Positions 1 through 9,263 are shown, counted from the first letter of the whole stretch. The stretch: DNA of 60,773 nucleotides, filler included, from 5 parts of 5 records of this genome joined end to end with filler, not necessarily neighbours in it, one strand, 5' to 3'. Numbers and translations are program-made. Notes: generated from the sequence alone by a model not told the origin.

Positions 1-55
1 CCGGCCCGCCGAGATCGTAGAGGCGCATCAGCGCGTCGCGCAGCCGGTCGGTCAT
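1..55 (-). CDS. 5' end of a probable MotA/TolQ/ExbB proton-channel protein (truncated by window edge)
   Basis: ATG overlaps the stop of the upstream gene (ATGA); reads MTDRLRDALMRLYDLGGP, like the ExbB N-terminal GGP motif; only 18 codons visible. Confidence 0.5.
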   Translation of the reverse strand, partial: MTDRLRDALMRLYDLGGP

Positions 56-510
56 CCCAGCACCTCCACGGCCTCGGTGCGGCTGCGCAGGTCGAGCCCA
101 TCGACGCAGGCGGCGGCGTCGAAGCCCTCGCCCGCGCCGGTGCAGGTCTCGGCGCCGTTGATGAGCAGGCGCCCCAGCGCGGTGCAGGTCAGGCCCGGGA
201 CGACGAACTGGCGCACGCGGGGGCGCGCGGCGGGCAGGGCGCCGAAATCGAAGAGCGTCAGCCGGTCGACATGGCCCTCGGTGTCGAAGAGGACCGCCTC
301 GTAGACCGCCTTGTCGATGTCGAACGGATGGCCGTTCTGGATGACGAAGCTGATGCGGCAGGCCTCGTCCACCTGTTCCACGGCGTTCAGCTCCAGCATG
401 ACGGTCTTGCCCTGCGGGTCCTGGGCGAGGGCCGGGGCGGCGGCGGTGGCAAGGAGGAGGAGCGCGGCGCACAGCCTGCGCGCCTGTGTCAGCGGGTGTC
501 GCGGGATCAT
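52..510 (-). CDS. Conserved exported alphaproteobacterial protein (LELN...LFDFG.LP...RVRQF family), usually beside TonB/ExbBD genes
   Basis: Signal peptide ending ALA-Q; LELN and RVRQF motifs; 4 Cys in the mature part. Confidence 0.7.
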   Translation of the reverse strand: MIPRHPLTQARRLCAALLLLATAAAPALAQDPQGKTVMLELNAVEQVDEACRISFVIQNGHPFDIDKAVYEAVLFDTEGHVDRLTLFDFGALPAARPRVRQFVVPGLTCTALGRLLINGAETCTGAGEGFDAAACVDGLDLRSRTEAVEVLG

Positions 511-600
511 GGGTCAGCCTCTTGTCGTGCAATCCGGATGGGGTGCGCGTCTGGCTGAGGTCCGCGTCGGGGCCGTGGCTGAACGGTGGAAGTCTTTACC

Positions 601-615
601 TGATAAGTTTTATCA
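601..615. promoter_or_regulatory. TGA-N9-TCA palindrome (IRO / Iron-Rhodo-box-like operator)
   Basis: TGATAAgttTTATCA about 90 nt upstream of the minus-strand exported-protein/exbB-like genes. Confidence 0.55.
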
Positions 616-808
616 ACTTACCGGGGGATGTCCAGATGCCGCCTGCGGGTCCGGGCCGGGGCACGGGCAGAACGGCGGACTCCGGGGTCTTTTGCGTTTA
701 TCCACAGTGAATCCGGGCATCTTACCCCGCGTCAGGCGCGTCTTTGTTGCCTTGTTCACGAATCCCGGTCTAGTCTCGGGATCGGGAAATGATCCCTGGG
801 GGAAGGAC

Positions 809-1369
809 ATGAAGAGCGACCTGACGGTCCGCCTTGCCGGGCGTCTGTCGGAGCTGCGCGCTGCCCGCGGCTGGACGCTGGACCAACTTTCGAGCGCGAG
901 CGGCGTCAGTCGCGCGGCGCTCTCGCGGCTGGAAAACGCCGAGGTCAGTCCGTCGGCCGATGTGCTGTCCCGCCTTGCGGTCGCGCATGACATGACCCTG
1001 TCGCGGCTTTTCTCGCTGATCGAGGATGGCTACGCCGCGCATATCCGCCGCGACGATCAGGCGGTCTGGCGGGACGGCGAGACCGGCATGGCCAAGCGGA
1101 TCGTCTCTCCGGCGACGGCGGCCCTTGCGGGCGAGGTGCTGGAGTGCCGGATGAACCCGAACACCGAGGTGGTGCAGGAGGCGCCCGACGTGATCGGGCA
1201 GGAGCATCATCTCATCATGCTCTCCGGCTACATGCGGGTGGAGCTGGAGGGCGAGGCCTACCAGCTGGGGCCGGGGGACGCGCTGCGCTACCGCGAACAT
1301 GGCGAGGTGAAGTTCCTCACCGCCAAGGGGCAGGGGGCGAAGTTCTACCTCTGCTCCGTCACCGCCTGA
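809..1369 (+). CDS. XRE-family HTH regulator with C-terminal cupin
   Basis: LRAARGWTLDQLSSASGVSRAALSRLE HTH; LGPGDALRY cupin; AAGGA RBS before ATG 809. Confidence 0.9.
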   Translation: MKSDLTVRLAGRLSELRAARGWTLDQLSSASGVSRAALSRLENAEVSPSADVLSRLAVAHDMTLSRLFSLIEDGYAAHIRRDDQAVWRDGETGMAKRIVSPATAALAGEVLECRMNPNTEVVQEAPDVIGQEHHLIMLSGYMRVELEGEAYQLGPGDALRYREHGEVKFLTAKGQGAKFYLCSVTA

Positions 1370-1513
1370 GGGTTTGGCGGGGGCCATCGCGCTTCGTGGC
1401 GCAGGCTCACGGTCTCGTGATCGTATTTCCGAAACAGGGGCGGCCCGGGCGCCGTGTGTATGAGCAACCGGCCCCGAGCGGGGTCGGACGTCAGACACAT
1501 GGGAGACCAGATC

Positions 1514-2068
1514 ATGAAGACCACGATGACCCTCACCGCCGCATTTGCCATGACCGCCCTCGGCGGCGCCGCCATGGCGCAGGACAACCCGATGGTGGGT
1601 GGCGCGGCGATGTTCGCCGACAAGACCATCGTCGAGAACGCGGTGAACTCTGCCGACCACGAGACGCTGGTCGCCGCGGTCATGGCTGCCGATCTGGTGG
1701 ATACCCTGAACTCCGAAGGCCCCTTCACCGTCTTCGCGCCGACGGATGCCGCCTTCGACAAGATCGCGGACGAGAGCCTGCAGGCCCTGATGGCGCCCGA
1801 GGCCAAGCAGCAGCTGACGCAGATCCTGACCTGCCACGTCGTGGCCGCGAACGCGATGTCCGACGCCATCGCCGGCATGATCGCCGATGACGGCGGGATG
1901 CACCCGGTGCCGACCGTGGGCGGCTGCACGCTGCAGGCCAAGATGAAGGGCGACAAGATCATCCTGACCGACGAGAACGGCCGCGACGCGACCGTGACCA
2001 TCGCGGACGTGCGCCAGTCCAACGGCGTGATCCACGTGATCGACCGCGTTCTGCTGCCCAAGCAGTAA
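1514..2068 (+). CDS. Secreted fasciclin (FAS1) domain protein
   Basis: GPFTVFAPTDAAF and SNGVIHVIDRVLLP motifs; signal peptide; GGGAG RBS. Confidence 0.93.
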   Translation: MKTTMTLTAAFAMTALGGAAMAQDNPMVGGAAMFADKTIVENAVNSADHETLVAAVMAADLVDTLNSEGPFTVFAPTDAAFDKIADESLQALMAPEAKQQLTQILTCHVVAANAMSDAIAGMIADDGGMHPVPTVGGCTLQAKMKGDKIILTDENGRDATVTIADVRQSNGVIHVIDRVLLPKQ

Positions 2069-2282
2069 CGCCCGGACCTTGCGCGGCGGGACGGGTTGTG
2101 TGCGAAACGGTTGAGTGCCCCGCCGCCGATGGCACGACGTGACAGGCGCCCCCAATGTGCCTGACACGATCGTGCGCGTCCCCGGCTTGCCCCCGCGAGC
2201 CGGGGACGCACATTCAAGGACAGGCCGACGCCGGGCGACATGACCCGGCCCCGGCCCACCAGACCCAAGAGGAGGCCCCATT

Positions 2283-2738
2283 ATGAAACGCCGAATGTTC
2301 CTGACGGGCGCCGCTGCCTTGCCCTTTCTGTCCGGGCCCGCGCTGGCGGCCTTCGAGATCGAACGCAGCCGCAGGGAATGGCAGTCCATGCTGACCGATG
2401 CCGAGTTCAACGTCATGCGCGAAGAGGGCACGGAACGCGCCTTCACCTCGCCGCTGAACGACGAAAAACGCGCCGGGACCTTCCTGTGCAAGGGCTGCGA
2501 CCTGCCGCTCTATTCCTCCGAGCACAAGTTCGACAGCGGCACCGGCTGGCCGTCGTTCTGGCAGGCGCTGCCGAATGCGGTAGAGACCAAGCCGGACCGC
2601 AAGCTTTTCGTCACCCGCACCGAATGCCACTGCCGCCGTTGCGGCAGCCACATGGGGCATGTCTTCGACGACGGCCCGGCGCCGACCGGCAAGCGGCACT
2701 GCATCAACGGCATCGCGATGACCTTCCGGCCCGCCTGA
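2283..2738 (+). CDS. msrB: Peptide-methionine (R)-S-oxide reductase with a twin-Arg-like leader
   Basis: GTERAF, KFDSGTGWPSF, HMGHVFDDGP, RHCING; two CxxC motifs; MKRRMFL leader; AGGAGG RBS. Confidence 0.95.
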   Translation: MKRRMFLTGAAALPFLSGPALAAFEIERSRREWQSMLTDAEFNVMREEGTERAFTSPLNDEKRAGTFLCKGCDLPLYSSEHKFDSGTGWPSFWQALPNAVETKPDRKLFVTRTECHCRRCGSHMGHVFDDGPAPTGKRHCINGIAMTFRPA

Positions 2739-2885
2739 GGCGGGGACACGCGCGCCGGGCGGATCGGTGATCCGGCCGGTTGCGTGGATGAGCGGAAGAA
2801 ACTCTTTGCCTGCCCCCCGATGGCTTCCTATCGTGGAGATCCGCGCTTTGCGCATCCAAGGCAACTTTTTTCGCGAGACTTCCGT

Positions 2886-3515
2886 ATGAAGCAAATTCTG
2901 AAAGGCACGCTTTTCGGTCTGGCCGCTCTGGCCGCCACGGCCCCGGCCGATGCCGCCATCCTCATCAACGTGACCGAAGTCGGAAGTGATCTGGTCGTCA
3001 CCGCCGAAGGGAGCCTGGATCTGGCGTCCACGGCGGGTCTGTTTGCAACCACCAGTTATTCGGGCAGCGCGCTTTTCTCAAGCAACGGCGCCGGGAGCGT
3101 TCAGAGCTACACCGGGATCGGCCCAATGGATGCCTACGACCTGGATTGGGCCTCCGTCCAACTTCCGGCAACCTCGCCCTTCACCACGAGCGCCGTCCAG
3201 CTTGGAGGCGCCACGGGCGATCCTTACCTCATTGATATCGCTGCAGCCTCGGGCTACGCGCGGATCTGGATGCCGGCGGGCTACATCTCCGGTTCCATCA
3301 TCTCGACGACCACGACCTTCACGGGGACCAGTTTCGCCAGTGTCGGCGCCACGGAGGGCGTCTGGGAATGGTCATGGTCCTACGCGGGTGGTCCGACGGA
3401 CAGCCTGATCCTGACGGTGGGGGAGGCTGGCGCCGAGGTGCCGCTTCCGGCAGCGGCTTGGATGCTGCTTTCCGGGCTCGCCGCGCTTGGCCTTGCACGA
3501 CGCAGGAACCGCTGA
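2886..3515 (+). CDS. VPLPA-CTERM (PEP-CTERM-like) sorting-domain surface protein
   Basis: Signal peptide; C-terminal VPLPAAAWMLLSGLAALGLARRRNR. Confidence 0.9.
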   Translation: MKQILKGTLFGLAALAATAPADAAILINVTEVGSDLVVTAEGSLDLASTAGLFATTSYSGSALFSSNGAGSVQSYTGIGPMDAYDLDWASVQLPATSPFTTSAVQLGGATGDPYLIDIAAASGYARIWMPAGYISGSIISTTTTFTGTSFASVGATEGVWEWSWSYAGGPTDSLILTVGEAGAEVPLPAAAWMLLSGLAALGLARRRNR

Positions 3516-3619
3516 ACCCGGGGCGACACGGCACGGGTTCGCGAGCGCGGCTTCGGATCGAAGGGCAGGGAAAAGGCGCGGCCCGAGAGGCGGGCGCCTT
3601 GGCTGGCGGGCCTTGACGT

Positions 3620-3692
3620 AAAGAGAAAGGGCATCCGGCCAGCGGATGCCCTTTCATCGTGAGTGGAAGCTGGGAGGTGCTCGCCCAGAAAC
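3620..3692 (-). ncRNA. Candidate small RNA with an anti-SD motif
   Basis: Minus strand: CTGGG-cgagcacct-CCCAG hairpin containing CACCTCCC, followed by the terminator. Confidence 0.35.
3625..3655 (-). terminator. Intrinsic terminator hairpin
   Basis: GAAAGGGCATCCG-N5-CGGATGCCCTTTC perfect 13-bp stem; pyrimidine tail on the minus strand. Confidence 0.75.
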
Positions 3693-3763
3693 CTGCTTAG
3701 AGATCGCGCGGCGGTCTGTCCACGAAAATCTACAACCTTGGGTGGAGTATCGTTCGCGCAGAC

Positions 3764-4390
3764 TTACTTGAAGCTGCGCGAATCCTTGATCTGGTCCCAG
3801 GCCCAGACGACCTCTTGCAGCTGCTCTTCCTGGCTGCGGTCGCCGCCGTTCATGTCGGGGTGCAACACCTTGATGAGCTTCTTGTAGGCCTTGCGGATCT
3901 CGACCTTGGTGGTCGCGGACTCGGCGTCGAGGATCTCGAGCGCGCGCTTCTCGGTGGGCGGCAGCTTGCGCCCGCCGCCGGGCTTGGCCCGCCCGGGGTT
4001 GCGCGTGGCGTTGTCGCCCAGCACCTGATGCGGGTCCTCGATCCCCAGACGCGCCCAGGCCTTGGCCTCCGGGTCGCGCCAGTCGCGGGTCCTGCGCTCC
4101 CACACCTTGTCGGCGCTTTCCTGCGCGTTCATCTCGGCCTCTGTCTTGCCCTCGAAGAACGACCATTTCGCGTTGTATTCGCGCACGTGGTCACGGCAGA
4201 ACCAGTAGAAATCATCCAGCACGTCGGGTGCCTTGGGCGCGCGAAACTTGCCCGCCTCTTCGCAGCCGGGGTGATCGCAAACGCGCGTGGAGGTCTCGGA
4301 CTCGCCGGTCATGCTCTTGCGCCCGCGCGGGTTTTTCTTCTTCGCGGACTTCACGGACATGTCGAAACCGAAGGGATCGGATCTGCTCAT
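3764..4390 (-). CDS. DnaJ/J-domain protein (N-terminal Cys/His motif, C-terminal J domain)
   Basis: CDHPGC...FCRDHVREYN; IRKAYKKLIKVLHPDMNGGD containing HPD. Confidence 0.92.
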   Translation of the reverse strand: MSRSDPFGFDMSVKSAKKKNPRGRKSMTGESETSTRVCDHPGCEEAGKFRAPKAPDVLDDFYWFCRDHVREYNAKWSFFEGKTEAEMNAQESADKVWERRTRDWRDPEAKAWARLGIEDPHQVLGDNATRNPGRAKPGGGRKLPPTEKRALEILDAESATTKVEIRKAYKKLIKVLHPDMNGGDRSQEEQLQEVVWAWDQIKDSRSFK

Positions 4391-4463
4391 AAGGCACCTC
4401 TTCTCGACTCGGACGCCAGAGCATAGACTATCTGCGAGGCAATGACAGGGGGCAGACCGTAAA

Positions 4464-4718
4464 ATGTCACGAGCAGAAGAAATGCGCGCAAGGCTGGAAG
4501 AGGCCTTTGCGCCGACCCTGCTGGAAATCCGCAACGACAGCGAGCGGCACGCCAGCCACGCGGGCTATGACGGCACCGGAGAGAGCCATTTCCACGTCAC
4601 GATCCGGGCGCCGGGCTTTGCCGGACAAAGCCGCGTGGCACGGCATCGCGCCATGCATGCGGCGCTGGGCGACCTGACGACACGGGTGCACGCGCTGTCC
4701 TTCGACATAGACGCCTGA
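4464..4718 (+). CDS. bolA: BolA family protein
   Basis: NDSERHASH, GESHF, SRVARHR, VHALS. Confidence 0.92.
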   Translation: MSRAEEMRARLEEAFAPTLLEIRNDSERHASHAGYDGTGESHFHVTIRAPGFAGQSRVARHRAMHAALGDLTTRVHALSFDIDA

Positions 4719-4764
4719 GGCGGGGCTGAGGCGCACGGGCCGGCGCCGGGCCGGGTTGACCCGG

Positions 4765-5130
4765 TCAGGCCTGCCGACGGTCGCGCTGCACCAGCCGCAG
4801 GGCGCGGGCGCGCAGCAGTTCGGCGGTCGGCTCCGGTCGGCGATCGGGCACCGGCGGCGGCGGCGCCAGAAGGCGGGGCTGGAACTGGCCCGCGTCCTCG
4901 GCATGGGGGCGCCGGAACACCAGCAGGTTGCGCCAAACTGTCGTCGTCTGCGCAAGACCCGCGCGTTCCTCGGAGGGCAGGGTTTCCGAGCGGACATATT
5001 CCCAGCCGCGCGCGGCCATGTCATTGATGACCCGCTCTACCGCGGCGGCGAACCGGCCCTCGGCGCCCTTGGCGCCGCGGCTCTTTTCGCCCCGCTCGGG
5101 TGCGGAGAGGACCTTGTATTCGTATCGCAT
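4765..5130 (-). CDS. DUF4177-like protein
   Basis: YEYKVL...INDMAARGWEYVR...LLVFRRP. Confidence 0.8.
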   Translation of the reverse strand: MRYEYKVLSAPERGEKSRGAKGAEGRFAAAVERVINDMAARGWEYVRSETLPSEERAGLAQTTTVWRNLLVFRRPHAEDAGQFQPRLLAPPPPVPDRRPEPTAELLRARALRLVQRDRRQA

Positions 5131-5214
5131 CGTCCTGCCTCTTGCCTGCGCGACAGGCTAGGCGGGTATCGTGGCGCGGCTGTGGCGGAGTTGGCAGGAA
5201 AAAGGGGCGGGCCC

Positions 5215-5314
5215 NNNNNNNNNNNNNNNNNNNNNNNNNNNNNNNNNNNNNNNNNNNNTTAATTAATTAANNNNNNNNNNNNNNNNNNNNNNNNNNNNNN
5301 NNNNNNNNNNNNNN
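5215..5314. other. Artificial contig linker (Ns + TTAATTAATTAA)
   Basis: 100 nt: 44 N, a 12-mer with stops in all frames, 44 N; base composition changes across it. Confidence 0.98.
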
Positions 5315-5714
5315 CCCTTAGGGCTCGACCCGGGTGTCTTGAAGCCAAAAATTTTAAGATTTTCCACCATCTGTGAGCACCCGGCCTCCAGCCCCTCAGC
5401 CAAAAATTTGAGCATCACCCGCTCTCAACTTCCGGTACAACAACCAGCAAAAGAACAAAAAGTAAGCTACCGAAATGATAATGAGGGGAGCGCAGCGCTC
5501 AAACCTCAAAAAGCAAGCTGCTAAGCAAAGCGGGCAGCGCAGCCGCTCACACCTAACCTGCAATCCAGTCACTGTGTCGTCAGGCAAGACTGAGCTGGAT
5601 TCACGCCCAGAAACGGGGATCAACCTGCCGGTTGGGAGGCCTGACGCAATAAAGCACCAGCACATGCGCCTTTCCTTGCTCGAATCTCTTGTTAGCCAGT
5701 GATGAGGTTTTTTG

Positions 5715-6674
5715 ATGAATGCCCCGCGCATCATTTTTATGGGTACGCCCGACTTTGCCGTGCCCAGCATGCAGGCCCTGCACGAACGTTTTCCATTGTG
5801 TGCTGTAGTTACTACGCCCGATCGTGAACGTGGACGCGGACGCAAGCGACAATTCTCGCCCGTCAAGACTGCGGCGCTTGAGATGGGAATGCGTGAAGAC
5901 CAGATCCTGCAGCCCGAAAAGCTGCGCGATCCCAGATTTGCCGAACAGATTCAGGCCCTGCAGCCCGACGTCATAGTTGTGCTGGCCTTTAGAATCCTGC
6001 CGCGCGCCATTTACTCGCAAGCCAAACTCGGTGCATTTAATATCCACGGCAGCCTGCTGCCCAAGTATCGTGGTGCCGCGCCCATCAACTGGGCAATTAT
6101 CAACGGCGAAAGCGAAACCGGGCTGACGGCATTCCTGCTCGCCGACAAAGTCGATACCGGCAATGTGCTCCTGCGCGAACGCCTTGAGATTCCAGCCGAC
6201 GCAACCTTTGGTGACATGTACTACAAGATGATGCCCGTCGCCGCTGCGATGACCGTCGCTACATGCGAACGGCTACTGAAGGAAGGCACATCAATCCAGG
6301 CCGAGCCACAGGACGACGGCCTGGCGAGCCCGGCACCGAAAATTTTCCGCGAAGACTGCCGCATCAACTGGCAGGACGATGCGAGCAACATCTGCAACTT
6401 TGTGCGTGGCGTCTCCCCCATTCCGGGCGCCTTTACCACTCTGGACGGTCAGACACTCAAAATCTACCGCGCGGCAGTGTTAACGGACCTAAGTGACATA
6501 CAACTGGCAGCCGGCGAATGCCTTACGGCCAAAGATGCAGTCCTGTTCGGCTGTGGTGACCGTAAAATTTTGCAGGCCCAGGAAGTTCAGGCGCAGGGCA
6601 AACGCAGAATGACGGCGCAGGACTACACACGCGGTTATCGCGGCCCAGAGCGACGTTTGACGGACGCGACCTGA
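5715..6674 (+). CDS. fmt: Methionyl-tRNA formyltransferase
   Basis: IIFMGTPDFA, NIHGSLLPKYRGAAPINWAI. Confidence 0.97.
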   Translation: MNAPRIIFMGTPDFAVPSMQALHERFPLCAVVTTPDRERGRGRKRQFSPVKTAALEMGMREDQILQPEKLRDPRFAEQIQALQPDVIVVLAFRILPRAIYSQAKLGAFNIHGSLLPKYRGAAPINWAIINGESETGLTAFLLADKVDTGNVLLRERLEIPADATFGDMYYKMMPVAAAMTVATCERLLKEGTSIQAEPQDDGLASPAPKIFREDCRINWQDDASNICNFVRGVSPIPGAFTTLDGQTLKIYRAAVLTDLSDIQLAAGECLTAKDAVLFGCGDRKILQAQEVQAQGKRRMTAQDYTRGYRGPERRLTDAT

Positions 6675-6700
6675 GAGAATAAGACAAAGAGCAAAACACT

Positions 6701-7480
6701 ATGAAGACTTTACGTGAATTGGCGACTCAACATCGCATCCTGGTAGCCGCACATCGCGGTTCATCCGGCACCGCACCCGAAAATACGATGGCCTCCCTCC
6801 ACGCTGCCGTCGACGCCGGCGCCCACCTTGTAGAAGTCGATATCCAGTTAAGCAGCGACGGACAGGTTGTAGTGCTGCACGACGAGATTCTGGACCGCAC
6901 AACTGATTCCACCGGCAAAGTTGCTGAGCGCACCTACGCGGACTTGCTTTCCGTTGATGCGGGCGCGTGGTTCCACAAAAAATTTAGCGGTGAACGGATT
7001 CCGCTGTTAAGTGAAGCGCTCGATTTTCTGGCGGGCAAAACCAATATTAACATCGAGATTAAACCGCCACGCGCGGAGGAAGATTTTCGCGAACGTGTTG
7101 GCCTGGTGGCGCAGCAGATCAGCGACCGCGGGCTCGAAGAGAACACGCTCTACTCCTCATTTCACCATGAATCGCTCCTGCGACTTAAACAGGAGTTCCC
7201 GGGAATGAACACGGCGGCGATCCACATTCCGGGCGACGAACGCCTGCCCAGCGAAGTTGTTAAAGCGGCGAATGCGGATGCCTACGTTTGTGCCTTGCGC
7301 GAGGTGCATCCTGCCGCGGCGGAAGACATGCTTAAACACGGCATTTTCTGCGGCGCATATACGATTAACACACCGGATCAGCTGCGCAAAGCCCTGGCGC
7401 TACCGATTAAAGCAATTGTCACTAATTTTCCGCAGCGCATGGCGGACTTACTCAAGGGCGAGTTTAAGGAATTCACTTAA
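6701..7480 (+). CDS. Glycerophosphodiester phosphodiesterase (GDPD)
   Basis: AHRG...PENT, EVDIQLSSDG, VLHD, NIEIK, IVTNFP. Confidence 0.93.
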   Translation: MKTLRELATQHRILVAAHRGSSGTAPENTMASLHAAVDAGAHLVEVDIQLSSDGQVVVLHDEILDRTTDSTGKVAERTYADLLSVDAGAWFHKKFSGERIPLLSEALDFLAGKTNINIEIKPPRAEEDFRERVGLVAQQISDRGLEENTLYSSFHHESLLRLKQEFPGMNTAAIHIPGDERLPSEVVKAANADAYVCALREVHPAAAEDMLKHGIFCGAYTINTPDQLRKALALPIKAIVTNFPQRMADLLKGEFKEFT

Positions 7481-7609
7481 ACAAAATCTGTGGTTCGTCG
7501 ACACGTTATATTAACTTCATCTTCGCGTACTGAGTCCAGTTCATTTCTATCCGGGTTAATTGCACCTGACAAAAGTTAACACTTTGATTGCAGCGCCTCC
7601 ACTGCGTGG

Positions 7610-8342
7610 GCGGCTTGCTTTTTGAGCTTTTTGTTTGGCACTGGGTTGAGGGTCTGGAAGCCTTAAGACAGCCTAGCTGTGAGCCACAGGCACACAGTTC
7701 ATGTGCAAAACTTCAATGCCAAAAATTTGACCATTCAGCTGGAACGACCGCCCACTAAACTTCGAATTCTGGACGCTCAGACTAAATGAATTACTCTTTT
7801 GAGCCGCCACACAAGTACTTTCCCGCACTCAATGAATCAGGCTGTGAGCATCTTTGGCTCCTATCGGCTTAGCTGATATTCTCTCGCGTTTTATGGGACT
7901 CCCAAAGGCGTGGAGTTCAACTTTCAAATCGACGAAGATCTATTTTTCGGCACTTGAATTTCCGGCGCATATTCATCGGAAAGACGCAAATGTTAATCGA
8001 TCGCAATTCGATTAATATGGGACGTTCAAACAGAATGCCTTGATTTTTTGAGACTATGCATTTGTGAGCTGTGAGCCTGTGGCTCACAGCTTATGTGGAA
8101 ATCTCAAATTCTCAAAATCCATCCACTTAACCACAAGAACCGCCCGCTGAGAGTCTTTCTCAAGTCACTGAACCGAACATCCTAGATTCTTTGCGGAATT
8201 TGACTTCCAGCCATTTGGCCTGAATTTAGACACACGCGAACATTTGAGCCGCAAAACTCTCGACTCTAAGCTACAGTGCGGCAGCATGTGGGAATTGCAA
8301 TTTGCCACCCAGTGCCAAACAAGACCTCAAAAAGCCTGCCGC
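7610..8342. repeat. Non-coding element bounded by ~36-bp imperfect inverted repeats, with internal palindromes and direct repeats
   Basis: 7610-7646 versus reverse complement of 8307-8342; AGCTGTGAGC-N5-GCTCACAGCT-type palindromes at 7675 and 8067. Confidence 0.7.
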
Positions 8343-8451
8343 AAAACCGCAGGACAAGCATTGTTTAAGAGTGTTGCAGTTACACCACTTTGGACCCAAG
8401 TTTAAGAGCGCAGACCAAGGCTGCCGTGGCAAAGCGATCAAGCCCTCAAAC

Positions 8452-9015
8452 CTAAAACATCAATCCCACCTGAAGCCCAGCCAGCTTGTAGGTGCGGTGC
8501 ACATCATACAATCCCAAAACGCCGCTAACAACCAAAGGTGGCCAACCCTCAATAGGGTCATACGTAACTCCAAACTTGAACTGCAAACCACCGCCGCTGC
8601 CGCGTGGAGCATTGACGTCACCCGAGAAAAATTCGCCGGCCTGCGCAAAACCGCCGTCTAGGCCAACAAACACGCCGCGGTCCGGACGGCTGATCGGAAA
8701 CCAGGTGACCCCAATTCCCGTGTAAGCCAAACGCGAGTCATCCAGCTGCCCCGTAGCGGCCGAAGTCATGAAATACCAATGCCGCTCCTCATCAAGTGCG
8801 CCGCCACCTTCAATTGCAATCTGAAAATTCGTGAAGGTACTGCGATCGTCATCGGCCCAGCGCGCACTCGTAATAGCAATGAAACTGCGCTTGGCCTGCG
8901 AGCCCCTTTCCTCGTCCAAAAATTGCGCCCTGAGCGGTGTAGCCGCAAACACGGACATCAGCAAGGGCAGAAGCGCCAAATATAACAGGCGAGTGTTCAA
9001 CACAACAGTCTTCAT
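8452..9015 (-). CDS. Probable small outer-membrane beta-barrel protein
   Basis: Signal peptide ending LRA-Q; alternating Gly/aromatic strands; C-terminal VGLMF; start codon uncertain. Confidence 0.6.
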   Translation of the reverse strand: MKTVVLNTRLLYLALLPLLMSVFAATPLRAQFLDEERGSQAKRSFIAITSARWADDDRSTFTNFQIAIEGGGALDEERHWYFMTSAATGQLDDSRLAYTGIGVTWFPISRPDRGVFVGLDGGFAQAGEFFSGDVNAPRGSGGGLQFKFGVTYDPIEGWPPLVVSGVLGLYDVHRTYKLAGLQVGLMF

Positions 9016-9263
9016 ATGCATTTGCTGAATTTTAGGGACGAAGTACATCGGGAATTGAAATGGACCGGGCGGAAGCACTCAGACAGAGACGTCTAAACAG
9101 AGGCGCCCAAGGCTGTCGCGAGCCATGCATTTCGCCAAAGTGGACGCGCGTTTGACGCGCAAGATTGTTCGTTTCGTCGGCCTTTTTTCGCCGATCGACG
9201 CCGATTTCGTATTTTTGTAGTCTCGCTTGAATGTTTTCTCCATTGATCTACGCGGAACCGGGC

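Noticed and set aside
311-808. N-terminal extension of the XRE regulator in the ORF track
   Set aside because: Overlaps the opposite-strand gene; RBS and domain start point to ATG 809
770-2491. Long minus-strand and alternate-frame ORFs in contig 1 (573 aa, 307 aa, 248 aa)
   Set aside because: Shadow ORFs of GC-rich genes with Arg/Gly/Pro-rich nonsense composition; the real genes occupy other frames
7481-8451. Possible CRISPR array
   Set aside because: No regularly spaced identical repeats with unique spacers and no cas genes
8302-8661. 119-aa plus-strand ORF
   Set aside because: TTG start, overlaps the repeat arm and is antisense to the beta-barrel gene; no motifs
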